DNA of 64,000 bases from an uncultured Candidatus Rokubacteria bacterium. GTDB lineage: Bacteria; Methylomirabilota; Methylomirabilia; Rokubacteriales; CSP1-6. Shown one piece after another: positions 1 through 11,057 of this stretch (positions are counted from its first letter, which is position 1; each line of letters starts with the position of its first letter). The stretch covers positions 96,001 to 160,000 of the forward strand of contig CAVXJS010000021.1 of the NCBI GenBank assembly GCA_963762145.1, written 5' to 3'. The notes below the pieces were generated by a model. The model was not told the origin of the DNA and did no database searches. It worked only from the letters and a program-made list of their open reading frames with translations. A program made the translations under genes and the position numbers.

Positions 1-361
1 TCCGCAGCAACCCGATCGGGAGATCGCCGCCGTGCTGGGTGCGGAAGAGGTCGGCGGTCAGGCGCCGCGGATAGGGGCCGACCCCGGAGACCTCGAAGGT
101 CTCGCCGGTCGAGGCCAGGTGCACCAGGATCGGCGCCACGCCGGCGAAGCTCACCATGTCGGGATGGACCACACCCAACATGAAACCGCCCGCGACTCCC
201 GCGTCGATCGCGTTGCCCCCGGCGGCCAGCACGCGCGCGGCCGCCTGCGCGGCGAGCGGATGCCCGGCCGCCACCATCCACTTCCGCCCCATCACCTGCG
301 TCATCGGGCCCGAGCCCGCCGCCGCAGCGCTGCGCTGGTACTGCGCGGAGTCGAGTGTCAT
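1..361 (-). CDS. ggt: Gamma-glutamyltransferase family protein, N-terminal part (runs off window start)
   Basis: Manual minus-strand translation from ATG at 361: MTLDSAQY...MVAAGHPLAAQAAARVLAAGGNAIDAGVAGGFMLGVVHPDM, the typical GGT N-terminus. Not in the ORF track. Confidence 0.85.
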   Translation of the reverse strand, partial: MTLDSAQYQRSAAAAGSGPMTQVMGRKWMVAAGHPLAAQAAARVLAAGGNAIDAGVAGGFMLGVVHPDMVSFAGVAPILVHLASTGETFEVSGVGPYPRRLTADLFRTQHGGDLPIGLLR

Positions 362-384
362 GGCGCGTATGCTAACATACCGCC
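362..384. promoter_or_regulatory. Overlapping bidirectional -10 elements for two divergent, probably leaderless genes
   Basis: Palindrome GTATG-CTAA-CATAC. + strand TGcTAACAT lies 6 nt before ATG 385. - strand TGtTAGCAT lies 7 nt before ATG 361. Confidence 0.6.
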
Positions 385-1110
385 ATGGCGCACCGCTTGC
401 CGCTCATCGGCGTCAGCACCTCCATCACGGTGGGCGCAAGTCCCGAGCGGGCCTACGTGAATTCCTCCTACCTGCACGCGGTCCAGCAGGCCGGCGGCGT
501 TCCGGTGCCGCTGCCGCCGCAGCTCTCGGCCGCGTCGCTCCAGCAGCTCGCCGGCGCGCTCCACGGCCTCCTGCTCACCGGCGGCGGCGACATGGATCCG
601 GCCCTCTTCGGCCAGGCGCCGCATTCCACGCTGTACGACGTCGCCCCGTCGCGCGACACGCTCGAGACGTCGGCGCTGCATCTCTCGCTCGCGCGCGGAG
701 TGCCCGTCCTCGCGGTGTGCCGCGGGGTCCAGGTGCTGAACGTGGCGCTCGGCGGCACGCTCTACCAGGACGTGGCCACCGAGCCCGGCACCCAGATCCC
801 GCACAGCCAGAAGGAGCCGCGGGATCAGCCCACCCACAAGGTGAAGGTCGCGCCGGGCAGCCGCCTGGCCGAGACGCTCGGCACCGACGAGATCGAGGTG
901 AACAGCATGCACCACCAGGCGATCCACCGCCTCGGCCGCGGGCTCACCGCGGTGGCGTGGGCGCCCGATCAGCTCGTGGAGGGCGCGGAGATCGCCGACC
1001 CCGCGCGCTTTGTGCTCGGCGTGCAGTGGCATCCGGAGGAGATGGTGGGCCATTCCGAGCCGGCCCGGCGCCTCTTCTCCGCGCTCGTGGCCGCGGCACG
1101 CAAATCCTGA
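385..1110 (+). CDS. Gamma-glutamyl-gamma-aminobutyrate hydrolase family (peptidase C26, PuuD-like)
   Basis: Motifs LLLTGGGD, AVCRGVQVLNVALGG (nucleophile Cys), VNSMHHQA, VQWHPE. Confidence 0.9.
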   Translation: MAHRLPLIGVSTSITVGASPERAYVNSSYLHAVQQAGGVPVPLPPQLSAASLQQLAGALHGLLLTGGGDMDPALFGQAPHSTLYDVAPSRDTLETSALHLSLARGVPVLAVCRGVQVLNVALGGTLYQDVATEPGTQIPHSQKEPRDQPTHKVKVAPGSRLAETLGTDEIEVNSMHHQAIHRLGRGLTAVAWAPDQLVEGAEIADPARFVLGVQWHPEEMVGHSEPARRLFSALVAAARKS

Positions 1111-2489
1111 CCACCCGCTATTTCTCTCTCTGGGCCACGGCGCTCTACGCCGTGCTCACCGTCCTCTTGGTCAGCTTCTTCTACTGGAGCTGGGGCTCGC
1201 CGCTCAACAACCTGGAACGACCCGAGGAGTCCCTCGAGCGCCTCGTCTCTCGCGAGATGGACCTGCACGACGTGATGGACGGATTACCCCGATGGGAGAA
1301 GCGGCTCTACGAGATCACCGGCTCGGAGCCGGAGACGTTCGAGGACGCCATCGCGCGCTTCGACGAGCTCGACGAGGAGCAGCGCACCGCGCGCACCGAT
1401 CTCGATCTCGTGGTGCTGCTGGCGGAGAACGGCCAGCTCGAGCGCGCCGCCTCCATCATCGAGGCCCTGGAGGGGACCGATACCGCGGCCGCGCAGTACG
1501 GGCGCTGGCTCGACGCCGCCTATCTCGACGCGCCGTCGCCGCAGGACGCCACTCTGATGGCGGAGGAGATCCGCCGCGAGCTGCCGCGCGACTGGTTCAC
1601 CGACACGCTCACGCGGCGCCTCGCCACGCGGGTGGACGACCCGGCGCTCCAGACCGAGGCGGAGGCGAGCATCGAGGCCCGCGGCCACGAGCTGCTCCTG
1701 CGCATACGGGGACTCACCGGCACGGGCGTGGGCCTGTTCCTGCTGGCCCTGGTGCTCCTGTGGCGCTTGCCCCACTCCCCGCGCGGCGCGACAGTGGCGG
1801 ACGCGCCGCTGCCGCCGATCTGGAGCGGGGCCGACGGGCTCGGGCTCTTCTTCCGCGCCGCCTTCGCCTACCTCCTGATGCCAGCCGCCCTGGTCCTGCT
1901 GCTCCCGCGCACGCCCGGCACCACGCTGGCAATGGGGCTTCTGGGCGGCGTGCCCATGGTCTGGTGGATCCGTCGCTACCTGCACGGCCGCGGCACGACG
2001 GTGCGCGAGACCTTCGGCCTGCGCGTGCACGGGCAGGCCATCCGCGTCATCGGCTGGGGCGTCGTGCTCCTCGGCATCTCGATGGCGGGCGAAAGCCTGC
2101 TCTCCATCGGCCTCACCGCGCTCGGCGTCTCGTCGCACTGGGCCGACGGCTTCCTCGAGGACTTCCTGTGGGGCTCGCCCACCACCGTGATGGCGGGGAC
2201 GATCGACGGCGTGATCTGGGCGCCCCTCTTCGAGGAACTGGCCTTCCGCGGTCTGCTCTACCCCACCCTGCGCCTCCGCCTGCCGCCCTGGCCCGCCGCC
2301 CTGCTGAGCGCGGCGCTCTTCGGCGTGGCGCACGGCTACGGGCTGCAGGGCTTCGTGGCGGTCACCTGGAGCGGGATGATCTGGGCACTGGGCTACGAGC
2401 GCACGCGCAGCCTGCTGCCCGGCATCCTGGCCCACGCGGCCAGCAACCTGCTGGCCACGACGAGCTTCCTGCTGCTGCTCCGGTTCTAG
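1107..2489 (+). CDS. CPBP (CAAX/Abi) intramembrane metalloprotease with a large N-terminal extracytoplasmic domain
   Basis: APLFEELAFRG, LFGVAH and HAASN motifs; multiple TM helices. Start uncertain: probable CTG overlapping the upstream TGA. Confidence 0.8.
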   Translation: MTTRYFSLWATALYAVLTVLLVSFFYWSWGSPLNNLERPEESLERLVSREMDLHDVMDGLPRWEKRLYEITGSEPETFEDAIARFDELDEEQRTARTDLDLVVLLAENGQLERAASIIEALEGTDTAAAQYGRWLDAAYLDAPSPQDATLMAEEIRRELPRDWFTDTLTRRLATRVDDPALQTEAEASIEARGHELLLRIRGLTGTGVGLFLLALVLLWRLPHSPRGATVADAPLPPIWSGADGLGLFFRAAFAYLLMPAALVLLLPRTPGTTLAMGLLGGVPMVWWIRRYLHGRGTTVRETFGLRVHGQAIRVIGWGVVLLGISMAGESLLSIGLTALGVSSHWADGFLEDFLWGSPTTVMAGTIDGVIWAPLFEELAFRGLLYPTLRLRLPPWPAALLSAALFGVAHGYGLQGFVAVTWSGMIWALGYERTRSLLPGILAHAASNLLATTSFLLLLRF

Positions 2490-4069
2490 CCCGCCGCACC
2501 CGCGACGACTTCGCCGCCCACCATCGTCAGCGTCGGCGTGATGCGCGCGATGGCCGCCGGATCGCAGGCGAAGACGTCGTCGGAGAGCGCGATCAGGTCG
2601 GCGCGCCGGCCGACCTCGAGGGAGCCCTGGTCGGCCGCGAGCCCGACGGAGCGCGCGTTCCAGATCGTGAAGGAGCGCACCGCCTCCTCCCGCGTCATGC
2701 GCTGCTCGGGCTGCCAGCCCGGATCGGCGCCCTCGAGCGGCCGGCGCGTCACCGCGGCGTGGAGGCCGTGAAACGGGTTGGCGTCCTCCACCGGGAAGTC
2801 GGAGCCGCCCGCGATGTACGCGCCGCTGTCGAGCACCGAGCGCCAGGCGTAGGCGCCGGCGAGGCGCTCGGGGCCGAGCCGCTCGCCGGCCCAGCGCAAG
2901 TCGGAGGTGCAATGCGTGGGCTGCATGCTCGGCACCACGCCGAGACGCGCGAAGCGCGGGATGTCGGCGGGGGTGAGGATCTGGGCGTGCTCCACCCGCA
3001 ACCGTGATTGCGGGCCGCCCACGGCCCGCCCGGTCCGCACGCGCTCGAACACGTCGAGCACCATGGTGTTGGCCCGATCGCCGATGGCGTGGACCCAGAC
3101 GTGGAAGCCGCGGGCGCTCACCTCGCGGGTGAGCCGCTCCACGTCCTCGGGCGGCACCAGGACCAGGCCGGTGTTCGCGGGATCGTCGCAGTACGGCGAG
3201 TGCAGCGCGGCTCCGCGTGAGCCGAGCGCGCCGTCGAGCCAGAGCTTGACCGCGCCCACCACCAGCCGCCCGTCGCCCACCGTCTCGGGCGCGCCGTCGC
3301 GGTAGCGGCCCCACGCCTTCTTGCCGGACAGCGCCGCGAAGACGCGGAACGGGAACTGGCCTCGCTCGATCAGCCGCGTGTACGAGGCGATCGCCGACAG
3401 GTCGAGCCCCGGCTCGTGCGCGCCGGTGAGCCCCTTGGCCAGGCACTCCGCGATGGTGTCGCGCACCGCCTGGTCGAAGCGCGCCTCCGACGGCGCCGGG
3501 ACGAGCCCGCGGATGATGTCCTGGGCCAGGTCGACCAGGATGCCGGTGGGCTCGCCGTCGCCGTCCTTCACGATCAGGCCGCCCGGCGGGTCCGCGGAGC
3601 GGCGCGTGATGCCGGCGCGGGCGAGCGCGTCGCCGCTGGCCCAGGTCGCGTGGCCGTCCACGCGGACGAGCGCGACCGGGTGCCCGGGCGCCGCGCGATC
3701 GAGCGAGGCGCGCGACGGGAACCGCTGCCCGGGCCAGCGCGTCTGGTCCCACCCGCGCCCGGTGATCCACTCCCCCGGTCCGAGCCGCGCGGCGGCCGCC
3801 GCGACCATCCGGGCGATCTCGTCCTCCGAGCCGGCGGCGCCCAGGTTCAGCTCGAGTCGCGCGCGGGCGAGCAGCATCAGGTGCCCGTGGCCGTCCACGA
3901 GCCCGGGCAGCACCGGGCGCCCGCCCAGGTCGAGCGCGGGCTCGCGCGCGGCCGGGTTGATGTCGCCCCGCCGGCCCGCGAAGGCCACGCGGCCCTCGCG
4001 GATCACGAGGGAATCCACGACGGAGCCGGCGGCGTCCATCGTGTGAATCCGGCCGTTGGTCAGCAGCAC
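2486..4069 (-). CDS. Amidohydrolase-3 family metal-dependent hydrolase (YtcJ-like)
   Basis: PGLVDGHGH, VKLWLDGALGS, HAIGDRA, RVEHAQ, GSDFP. Confidence 0.9.
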   Translation of the reverse strand: MLLTNGRIHTMDAAGSVVDSLVIREGRVAFAGRRGDINPAAREPALDLGGRPVLPGLVDGHGHLMLLARARLELNLGAAGSEDEIARMVAAAAARLGPGEWITGRGWDQTRWPGQRFPSRASLDRAAPGHPVALVRVDGHATWASGDALARAGITRRSADPPGGLIVKDGDGEPTGILVDLAQDIIRGLVPAPSEARFDQAVRDTIAECLAKGLTGAHEPGLDLSAIASYTRLIERGQFPFRVFAALSGKKAWGRYRDGAPETVGDGRLVVGAVKLWLDGALGSRGAALHSPYCDDPANTGLVLVPPEDVERLTREVSARGFHVWVHAIGDRANTMVLDVFERVRTGRAVGGPQSRLRVEHAQILTPADIPRFARLGVVPSMQPTHCTSDLRWAGERLGPERLAGAYAWRSVLDSGAYIAGGSDFPVEDANPFHGLHAAVTRRPLEGADPGWQPEQRMTREEAVRSFTIWNARSVGLAADQGSLEVGRRADLIALSDDVFACDPAAIARITPTLTMVGGEVVAGAAG

Positions 4070-4090
4070 GGGGTCGGCGCGCCGCGCGGG

Positions 4091-4942
4091 CTAGAGGAGC
4101 GTCCAGCGGGAAGGGCCGCCGGCCTCCGGCTCCTCGCTCACCCGCGCCTCGCTCTTGAGCTTGCGCAGGTGGGAGTGCACGGACATGCCGGCCATGCGGT
4201 GCAGCGCGGTGATCACGTCGGCGTAGATCACCTTGACGATCTCGGGCACGGTGCGGGGGCCATCGCCGAGCACTTCCAGGATTTGGCGCTCGCGCAGCAT
4301 CCGGTGATCGATGAATTCCTGGATCTTGCCGGGACCGTCCTCGATCACGGGGCCGTGCGCCGGATAGATGTGCCGCACGCCCAGCGCCTGCACGCGGCGG
4401 AGCGAGGCGAGATACAGCCCGAGGTCGCCGTCCTCGTCCGGGATCACGGTGGTGGAGCCGTTGAGGATCAGGTCGCCGCTGAAGAGCGCCTTCTCTTCCT
4501 TCAGGAAGAAGCAGAGGTGGTCGGAGGCGTGACCGGGGGTGTAGACGGGCACCAGGGTGACGCCGTCGCCCTCCACGACCTCGCCGTCCCGCAGCGTGTC
4601 CACGTCCTCCGGCAGCCCGGAATCCCTGAAGATCATCTTCGAGACCGGCACGCCCGGGAACAGCTCCCGGAGCTGGCCGACGCCGCCCAGGTGGTCGCGA
4701 TGGCGGTGCGTCAGGATGATGCGCTCCGGCCGTCGCCAGCCGCGCTCGCGCAGGTAGCGCTCGAAGAGGGCGGGATACTCGGACTCGCCGGCTCCGGTGT
4801 CGATCAGGATCGGGTAGGCGCGGCCGACCAGGTAGGTGTTGGTGCCGGGCCCGGTCATCATGCCGGGATTGAGCCCGAGCACGCGGCCGACCAGGTCGGT
4901 GGGCGTCGCACTGTGCGGGAAGCTCGGATCGATCCAGCTCAT
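4091..4942 (-). CDS. MBL-fold metallo-hydrolase (LACTB2-like, C-terminal winged helix)
   Basis: NPGMMTGPGTNTY, THRHRDH, TPGHASDH, PAHGP. Start taken at MSWIDP. Confidence 0.85.
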   Translation of the reverse strand: MSWIDPSFPHSATPTDLVGRVLGLNPGMMTGPGTNTYLVGRAYPILIDTGAGESEYPALFERYLRERGWRRPERIILTHRHRDHLGGVGQLRELFPGVPVSKMIFRDSGLPEDVDTLRDGEVVEGDGVTLVPVYTPGHASDHLCFFLKEEKALFSGDLILNGSTTVIPDEDGDLGLYLASLRRVQALGVRHIYPAHGPVIEDGPGKIQEFIDHRMLRERQILEVLGDGPRTVPEIVKVIYADVITALHRMAGMSVHSHLRKLKSEARVSEEPEAGGPSRWTLL

Positions 4943-5042
4943 GGAGGCGAGTGTAGCAAAGTCGCGAAGCTTGCGACCCGCGGGAGGCTGGGATATAAGC
5001 GACCCAGACGCCGCCCACCCCCAACGCCGCTGGAGGCTCGTC

Positions 5043-6039
5043 ATGGTCCTACGCGCAGTGCTCGCCCTGCTCACCGTCCTCGGGCTCGTCACGCCCGCGC
5101 CCGCCCAGGTGGTCACGCTGAAGCTCGCCACCATCGTCGGCAACGACAACCCCTTCACCACCGCCGCCTACAAGTTCAAGGAGATCGCCGAGGCCAAGAG
5201 CGGGGGCAAGCTCAAGGTGGAGGTCTATCCGGCCGGGCAGCTCACCAAGAACGAGATCGTGGCCATCGAGGGCATGCAGCTCGGCACCGTGGACATCGCC
5301 GCGGTCTCGCTGCCGTCCGCGGGCGGCAAGTTCGATCCCAAGCTCCTCGCGCCCGACGTGCCGTTCCTCTACCAGAACCGCGAGCACGTGTGGCGGGTGA
5401 TGGACGGTCCGGTGGGCAAGGAGCTGATGAAGCACTTCGAGCCGCTCGGGGCCAAGGCCTTCTGCTACGGCGGCGGCTTCGGCTTCCGGGGCGTGCTCTC
5501 CAACAAGAAGGCGGTGTTCGTGCCCGACGATCTCAAGGGCCAGACGATCCGCGTCCCGCCCATCCCGACCCTGGTCGAGGTGTTCAAGCAGTTCGGGGCC
5601 AACCCGGTGCCGATGATCTGGGGCGAGGTGTACATGGCGGTGCGCCAGGGCACGGTGGACGGGCTCGAGCTGCCGGTGACCACCGCGGTCTCCGACAAGT
5701 TCCACGAGATCACCAAGTACTACTCGAAGACCCAGCACTCCTACCCCGCCGCCGCTGTGGCTCATGGCCAAGGCGAAGTACGAGGGGCTGCCCGCCGATC
5801 TCAAGAAGGTGATCGACGAGACGATGATCGCCTCGTGCGCGCAGCACCGGCAGGACGAGCTGAAGGCGGAGGTGGAGGGCGTCACGGCCATGAAGGCCAA
5901 GGGCATGCAGGTGAACGAGGTGAAGGACCTCCGCCAGTTCCAGGAGCGCGCCCAGCCGGTCTGGAAGTTCCTCGAGCAGAAAGCGGGCAAGGAGCTGGTG
6001 GATCGGGTGATCGCGGAGGCGCGGGCCACCGCGAAGTAG
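5043..6039 (+). CDS. dctP: TRAP transporter substrate-binding protein DctP (frameshift ~5750)
   Basis: Signal peptide, VEVYPAGQL, DLKGQTIRV, WGEVYMAVRQGTVDG; C-terminus continues in ORF 5764..6039. Confidence 0.85.
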
Positions 6040-6040
6040 C

Positions 6041-6478
6041 GTGCTCGTCGACTGGGTCTGCCTGGGACTGATGCTGGTCCTGGTGGCGGACGTCTTCCTC
6101 GGCGTGTGGAGCCGTTACGTGCTGCAGGCGACCTTCCAGTGGTACGACGAGGTCGCGCGGCTCTGCTTCGTCTGGATGGTGTTCCTGGGCGCCGCGTCCG
6201 CGGTGCGGCGCGGCGCCCACTTCCGCCTCCACCTGCTGATCGACCGCCTCGGCCCCCGCCTGCGCCGCGTGAATGATCTCGTGGTCGGCCTGCTCGTGGT
6301 GGTCTTCGGCGGCGTGCTGGTGGCGGGCGGCGTCGCGATGTGGCCGGTGGCGCGCGGGCAGGTGTCCGACTCGCTCGAGCTGTCCATGGTGTGGTTCTAC
6401 GGCGCGCTGCCCGTCGGGGGCGCGCTCATGATCCTGTTCTCGATCCCGCACCTTTGGCGCCTGGCCCGCGGCCGTTGA
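6041..6478 (+). CDS. dctQ: TRAP transporter small permease DctQ
   Basis: Four TM helices; WYDEVARLCFVWMVFLGA...GAHF; lies between dctP and dctM. Confidence 0.85.
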   Translation: MLVDWVCLGLMLVLVADVFLGVWSRYVLQATFQWYDEVARLCFVWMVFLGAASAVRRGAHFRLHLLIDRLGPRLRRVNDLVVGLLVVVFGGVLVAGGVAMWPVARGQVSDSLELSMVWFYGALPVGGALMILFSIPHLWRLARGR

Positions 6479-7750
6479 TCCTCGTCTGCCTCGTCTTCCT
6501 GGTGCTGCTCGCGATCGGCGTGCCGGTCGCGGTGACGGTGGGCCTGGCCGGCTACGTCGGCGCCGTCCTCGCCGCGCCGGTCCCGCTCGCGGTGACGGTG
6601 CAGACCATCCTGCACCAGGTGGACTCCTTCGTCCTGCTCTCGCTGCCGCTCTTCATCCTGGCCGGCGCGCTCATGGAGACGGGCGGCATCGCGCACCGCC
6701 TCGTGCGGCTCGCGGTGGCGCTGGTCGGCTGGGTGCGGGGCGGCCTCGGGATGGCGGTGGTGGCGGCCGAGTACATCTTCTCGGGGATCTCGGGCTCGAC
6801 GGTGGCCGACGTCTCCGCGGTGGCGTCCACCACCATCCCGGGCATGGTGCGCGCGGGCTACAGCCGGGAGCTCGCGGTCGCGGTGGTGTCGGCCGCCTCC
6901 GCGATGGGCATCCTGGTGCCCCCCTGCATCCTCATGATCGTGATCGGCTCGGTGGCGAGCCTCTCGGTGGCCGCACTCTTCACCGCCGGGTTCCTGCCCG
7001 CGGTGGTCATGGCGCTGGTGCTGATGGCCTACATCTGGCGCACCGCGGGCCGCATGGGCATCTCGGCCGAGCCCGGCCCACCTGGGCGAGCTGGGCGTGG
7101 CATTCCGCCAGGCGCTCATCCCGCTCGGCATGCCCGCGATCATCTTCGGCGGCATCCTGGGCGGCATCATGACGCCCACCGAGGCCTCGGTGCTGGCCGT
7201 GCTCTACGCCGCGGTGGTCGGCCTCTTCGTCTATCGCGAGATCGAGTGGAAGGCCCTGCCCGGCATCATCATGAACGCGACGATGATCACGGGAGCGGTG
7301 GGCCTGCTCCTGGGCACCGCGGGGGTCGTCTCCTGGTTTCTCACCGTCCAGCAGATGCCCGCCGCGATGATCCGGATCATGACCGTGGTGCCGGGCAGCA
7401 GCCTGGTCTTCCTCTTCATCACCGCGGCGATCTTCATCTTCTTCGGCGCGGTGATCGAAGGGCTCCCCGCGGTGGTGATCCTGCTGCCGAGCCTGCTGCC
7501 GGTGGCGGCGGGGCTCGGCATCGACCCGATCCACTACGCCATCGTCATCGTGGCGGCGGTGGGCATCGGGCTCTTCCTGCCGCCGATCGGGGTGGGCCTC
7601 TTCATCGCCTGCGGGATCGCGGAGGTCTCGGTGGACCGGGCCACGCGCGCGATGCTGCCGTTCGTGGCGGTGCTGCTGATCGGGCTCGTCATCATCATCC
7701 TGGTCCCGCCGATCACCCTGATCCTCCCCCGCCTCTTCAAGCTGCTCTGA
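6475..7750 (+). CDS. dctM: TRAP transporter large permease DctM (frameshift ~7080)
   Basis: LPLFILAGALM, FSGISGS, ILVPPC, TPTEAS, PPIGVGLF across two frames; TTG start overlaps the dctQ stop. Confidence 0.85.
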
Positions 7751-7751
7751 A

Positions 7752-7787
7752 CCCTCTCCCCCTCCGGGGAGAGGGTAGGGTGAGGGG
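7752..7787. repeat. BoxC/TM-like intrastrand triplex motif and hairpin between convergent genes
   Basis: CCCTCTCCC-cctccg-GGGAGAGGG-ta-GGGTGAGGG(G). Confidence 0.7.
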
Positions 7788-7806
7788 TCTGGTGGTGAGG
7801 GGCCCG

Positions 7807-8496
<690 letters not shown>

Positions 8497-8499
8497 GGC

Positions 8500-9247
8500 T
8501 CAGGCGCTCCCCAGGTAGACTTCGTAGACGCGCGGGTCGGCCTTCACCTGGGCGAAGGTGCCTTCGGTGAGCACCTCCCCGTAGTGCAGCACCGTGACGC
8601 GGTCGGCGAGCGAGCCCACCACGTCCATGTCGTGCTCGATGATCAGCAGCGTGACGTCTCGCGGGAGCGCCTCGAGCATGCGCGTCATGCGCAGGGTCTC
8701 CTCGGGCGACATGCCGGCGGTGGGCTCGTCCAGGAGCAGGAGCCGCGGCGCGGTGGCGAGCGCCACCCCGACCTCGAGCTGACGCTGCTCGCCGTAGGAG
8801 AGGCGGCCGGCCGGCTCGCGCAGCCGATCGGACAGGCCCACCACGTCGGCCACCTCGCGCGCGCGGTCGAGCGGCCCGCGGCGACGGGTGACGCTGCCGA
8901 GCAGATCCCAGCGTGCCGGGGGCGCCCACCGCGGCGGCCAGCCGCAGGTTCTCCTCGACCGCGAGCTTCGGAAAGAGGTTGTTGCGCTGGAACGAGCGCG
9001 AGATGCCGCGGCGGGCCACCGCGTGGGGCGCGAGCCCGCCGAGCGGCGCGCCGTCGAGGAGGATGCGACCCGACGTGGGGGCGAGCTGGCCGGTGATGAC
9101 GTTGAAGAGCGTGGTCTTGCCCGCCCCGTTGGGTCCGATGATGGCGCGGCGCTCGCGCGGAGCGATCTCGAGCGACACGCGGCTGAGCGCGCTCAGCGCG
9201 CCGAAGGCGCGGCTCAGCGCGTCGGTGGCCAGGAGCGGCGCGGTCAC
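8500..9247 (-). CDS. livG: ABC transporter ATPase (LivG-like), frameshift ~8915
   Basis: GPNGAGKTT in one frame; LSYGEQR, LLDEPTAGMS, IEHDMD in ORF 8500..8853. Confidence 0.85.
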
Positions 9248-10168
9248 GCGCGCAGCCCCACGCGGCCGCGCAGCGCGCCCACGATGCCGCCCGGGGCGAA
9301 GAGCACGAAGAGGATGAAGGTCACGCCCAGGATCAGCATCCACCGCTCGGTGTAGGTGCTGACCAGGCTCTGCAGCAGGATGAAGGCGGCCGCGCCCAGG
9401 ACCGGGCCGCCGAGGGTGCCGGTGCCGCCGATGATCACCATCAGCAGGGCCTCCCCGGAGGTCTTCCAGAAGAAGGCGTCCGGCCCGATCGAGCCGTTGA
9501 ACTGCACGTAGAGCGAGCCGGCGAGGCCCGCGAAGGCGCCGGCGATGACGAAGGCCAGCAGCTTGTAGCGGTCCACCGCGTACCCGACCGCCTCCATGCG
9601 CGCTTCGTTCTCGTGGATGCCGCGGAGCACGTGGCCGAAGGGCGAGCGGACGATGCGCCAGAGCACCAGCGCGCAGAGCGTGACCACGCACGAGCAGGTA
9701 GCCGTGGAAGCCGCGCAGGCTCGAGACGTTCGCGCCCGGCACCACCGGGCGCGGGATCCCGACCAGCCCGTCCTCGGCCCCGAGCCAGGACACCTGGAAG
9801 GCGTAGGCGTAGAACATCTGCGAGAAGGCGAGCGTGAGCATGATGAAGTACACGCCGCTCACCCGGATCGAGAAGAAGCCGATGACCAGGGCGGCGAGGC
9901 CCGCCGCGAGTGCGGGCAGCACCAGGGCCGAGATCAGGCCCGGGCTCTTGACGAGCGCGAGCGCGGCCACGTAGCCGCCGATGCCGAAGAAGGCGGCGTG
10001 GCCGAAGGACACCATGCCCGCGTAGCCCATCAGCAGGTCGAGGCTCATCGCAAAGAGGCCCCAGATCAGGATCTCCTGGAGGAGCTTCACCGGGTAGTTG
10101 CCGGCGCCGAGCGGAAAGAGCGCGAGCGCCACCACGACCAGCGCGAGCCCGACGAGGCGCAGCGTCAC
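9244..10168 (-). CDS. livM: ABC transporter permease (LivM-like), frameshift ~9690
   Basis: SLDLLMGYAGMVSFGHAAFFGIG, SGVYFIMLTLAF, IIGGTGTLGGPVLG. Confidence 0.85.
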
Positions 10169-11032
10169 TTGAGCGGGCGGCCGAAGAGCCCCTGGGGCCG
10201 GAGGAGCATCACGGCGGCCATCACCACGTAGATGATCAGCATCGAGGAGTCGGGCAGCCACGCCTTCCCGAAGGTCTCGGCCTGGCCGATGACGAGGCTC
10301 CCGACCAGCGAGCCCTTGAGGCTGCCGAGGCCGCCCACCACCACCACGATCAGCGCGGGGATCAGGATCGTCACGCCCATCGACGGATACGCGGACTGGA
10401 TCGGCCCCGCGATCACGCCCGAGAGCCCGCCCAGTGCGGCCCCGAAGGCGAAGACGACCGTGAAGACACGTCTGATGTTGATGCCGAGCCCGCCCGTCAT
10501 CTCGGCGTCGAACACGCCCGCGCGGATGATCGCGCCCAGACGGGTGCGCTCGATCAGGAGCCAGAGCAGCACCGCCATCACGAGGCCGAACACGATGACG
10601 AAGAGCCGGTAGGACGGGATGATCGCGCCCAACACCGAGACCGAGCCCGAGAACAGATCGGGCGGCGCGATCGAGCGGATCCGGCCGCCCCAGATCCACT
10701 TCACCAGGTCCTCGAAGAGGTAGATGAACCCGAAGGTGAGGAGAACCTGGTCGAGCGGCGGCCGCCGGTAGAGCGGGCGGAGGCAGCTCGCCTCCACCAG
10801 CGCCCCGATGAGGCCCACCACGAGCGGGGCCAGCAGCAGGGCGAGCCAGAAATTGCCGGTGCCCGCGATGAGGGACAGCCCCGCGTAGGCGCCCAGCATG
10901 TAGAACGAGCCGTGGGCGAGGTTGACCACGTCGAGCATGCCGAAGATCAGCGTGAGCCCGACGGACAGCAGGAAGAGCAGCACCCCGTAGGCCAGCCCGT
11001 TGAGCGCCTGCGAAGAACGAGAACGCCGGCAT
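10165..11032 (-). CDS. livH: ABC transporter permease (LivH-like), frameshift near the N-terminus
   Basis: GLTLIFGMLDVVNLAHGSFYMLGAY, VVVVGGLGS. Confidence 0.85.
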
Positions 11033-11057
11033 GCCGGGGGCTGGCGCGTCCCCTCGA

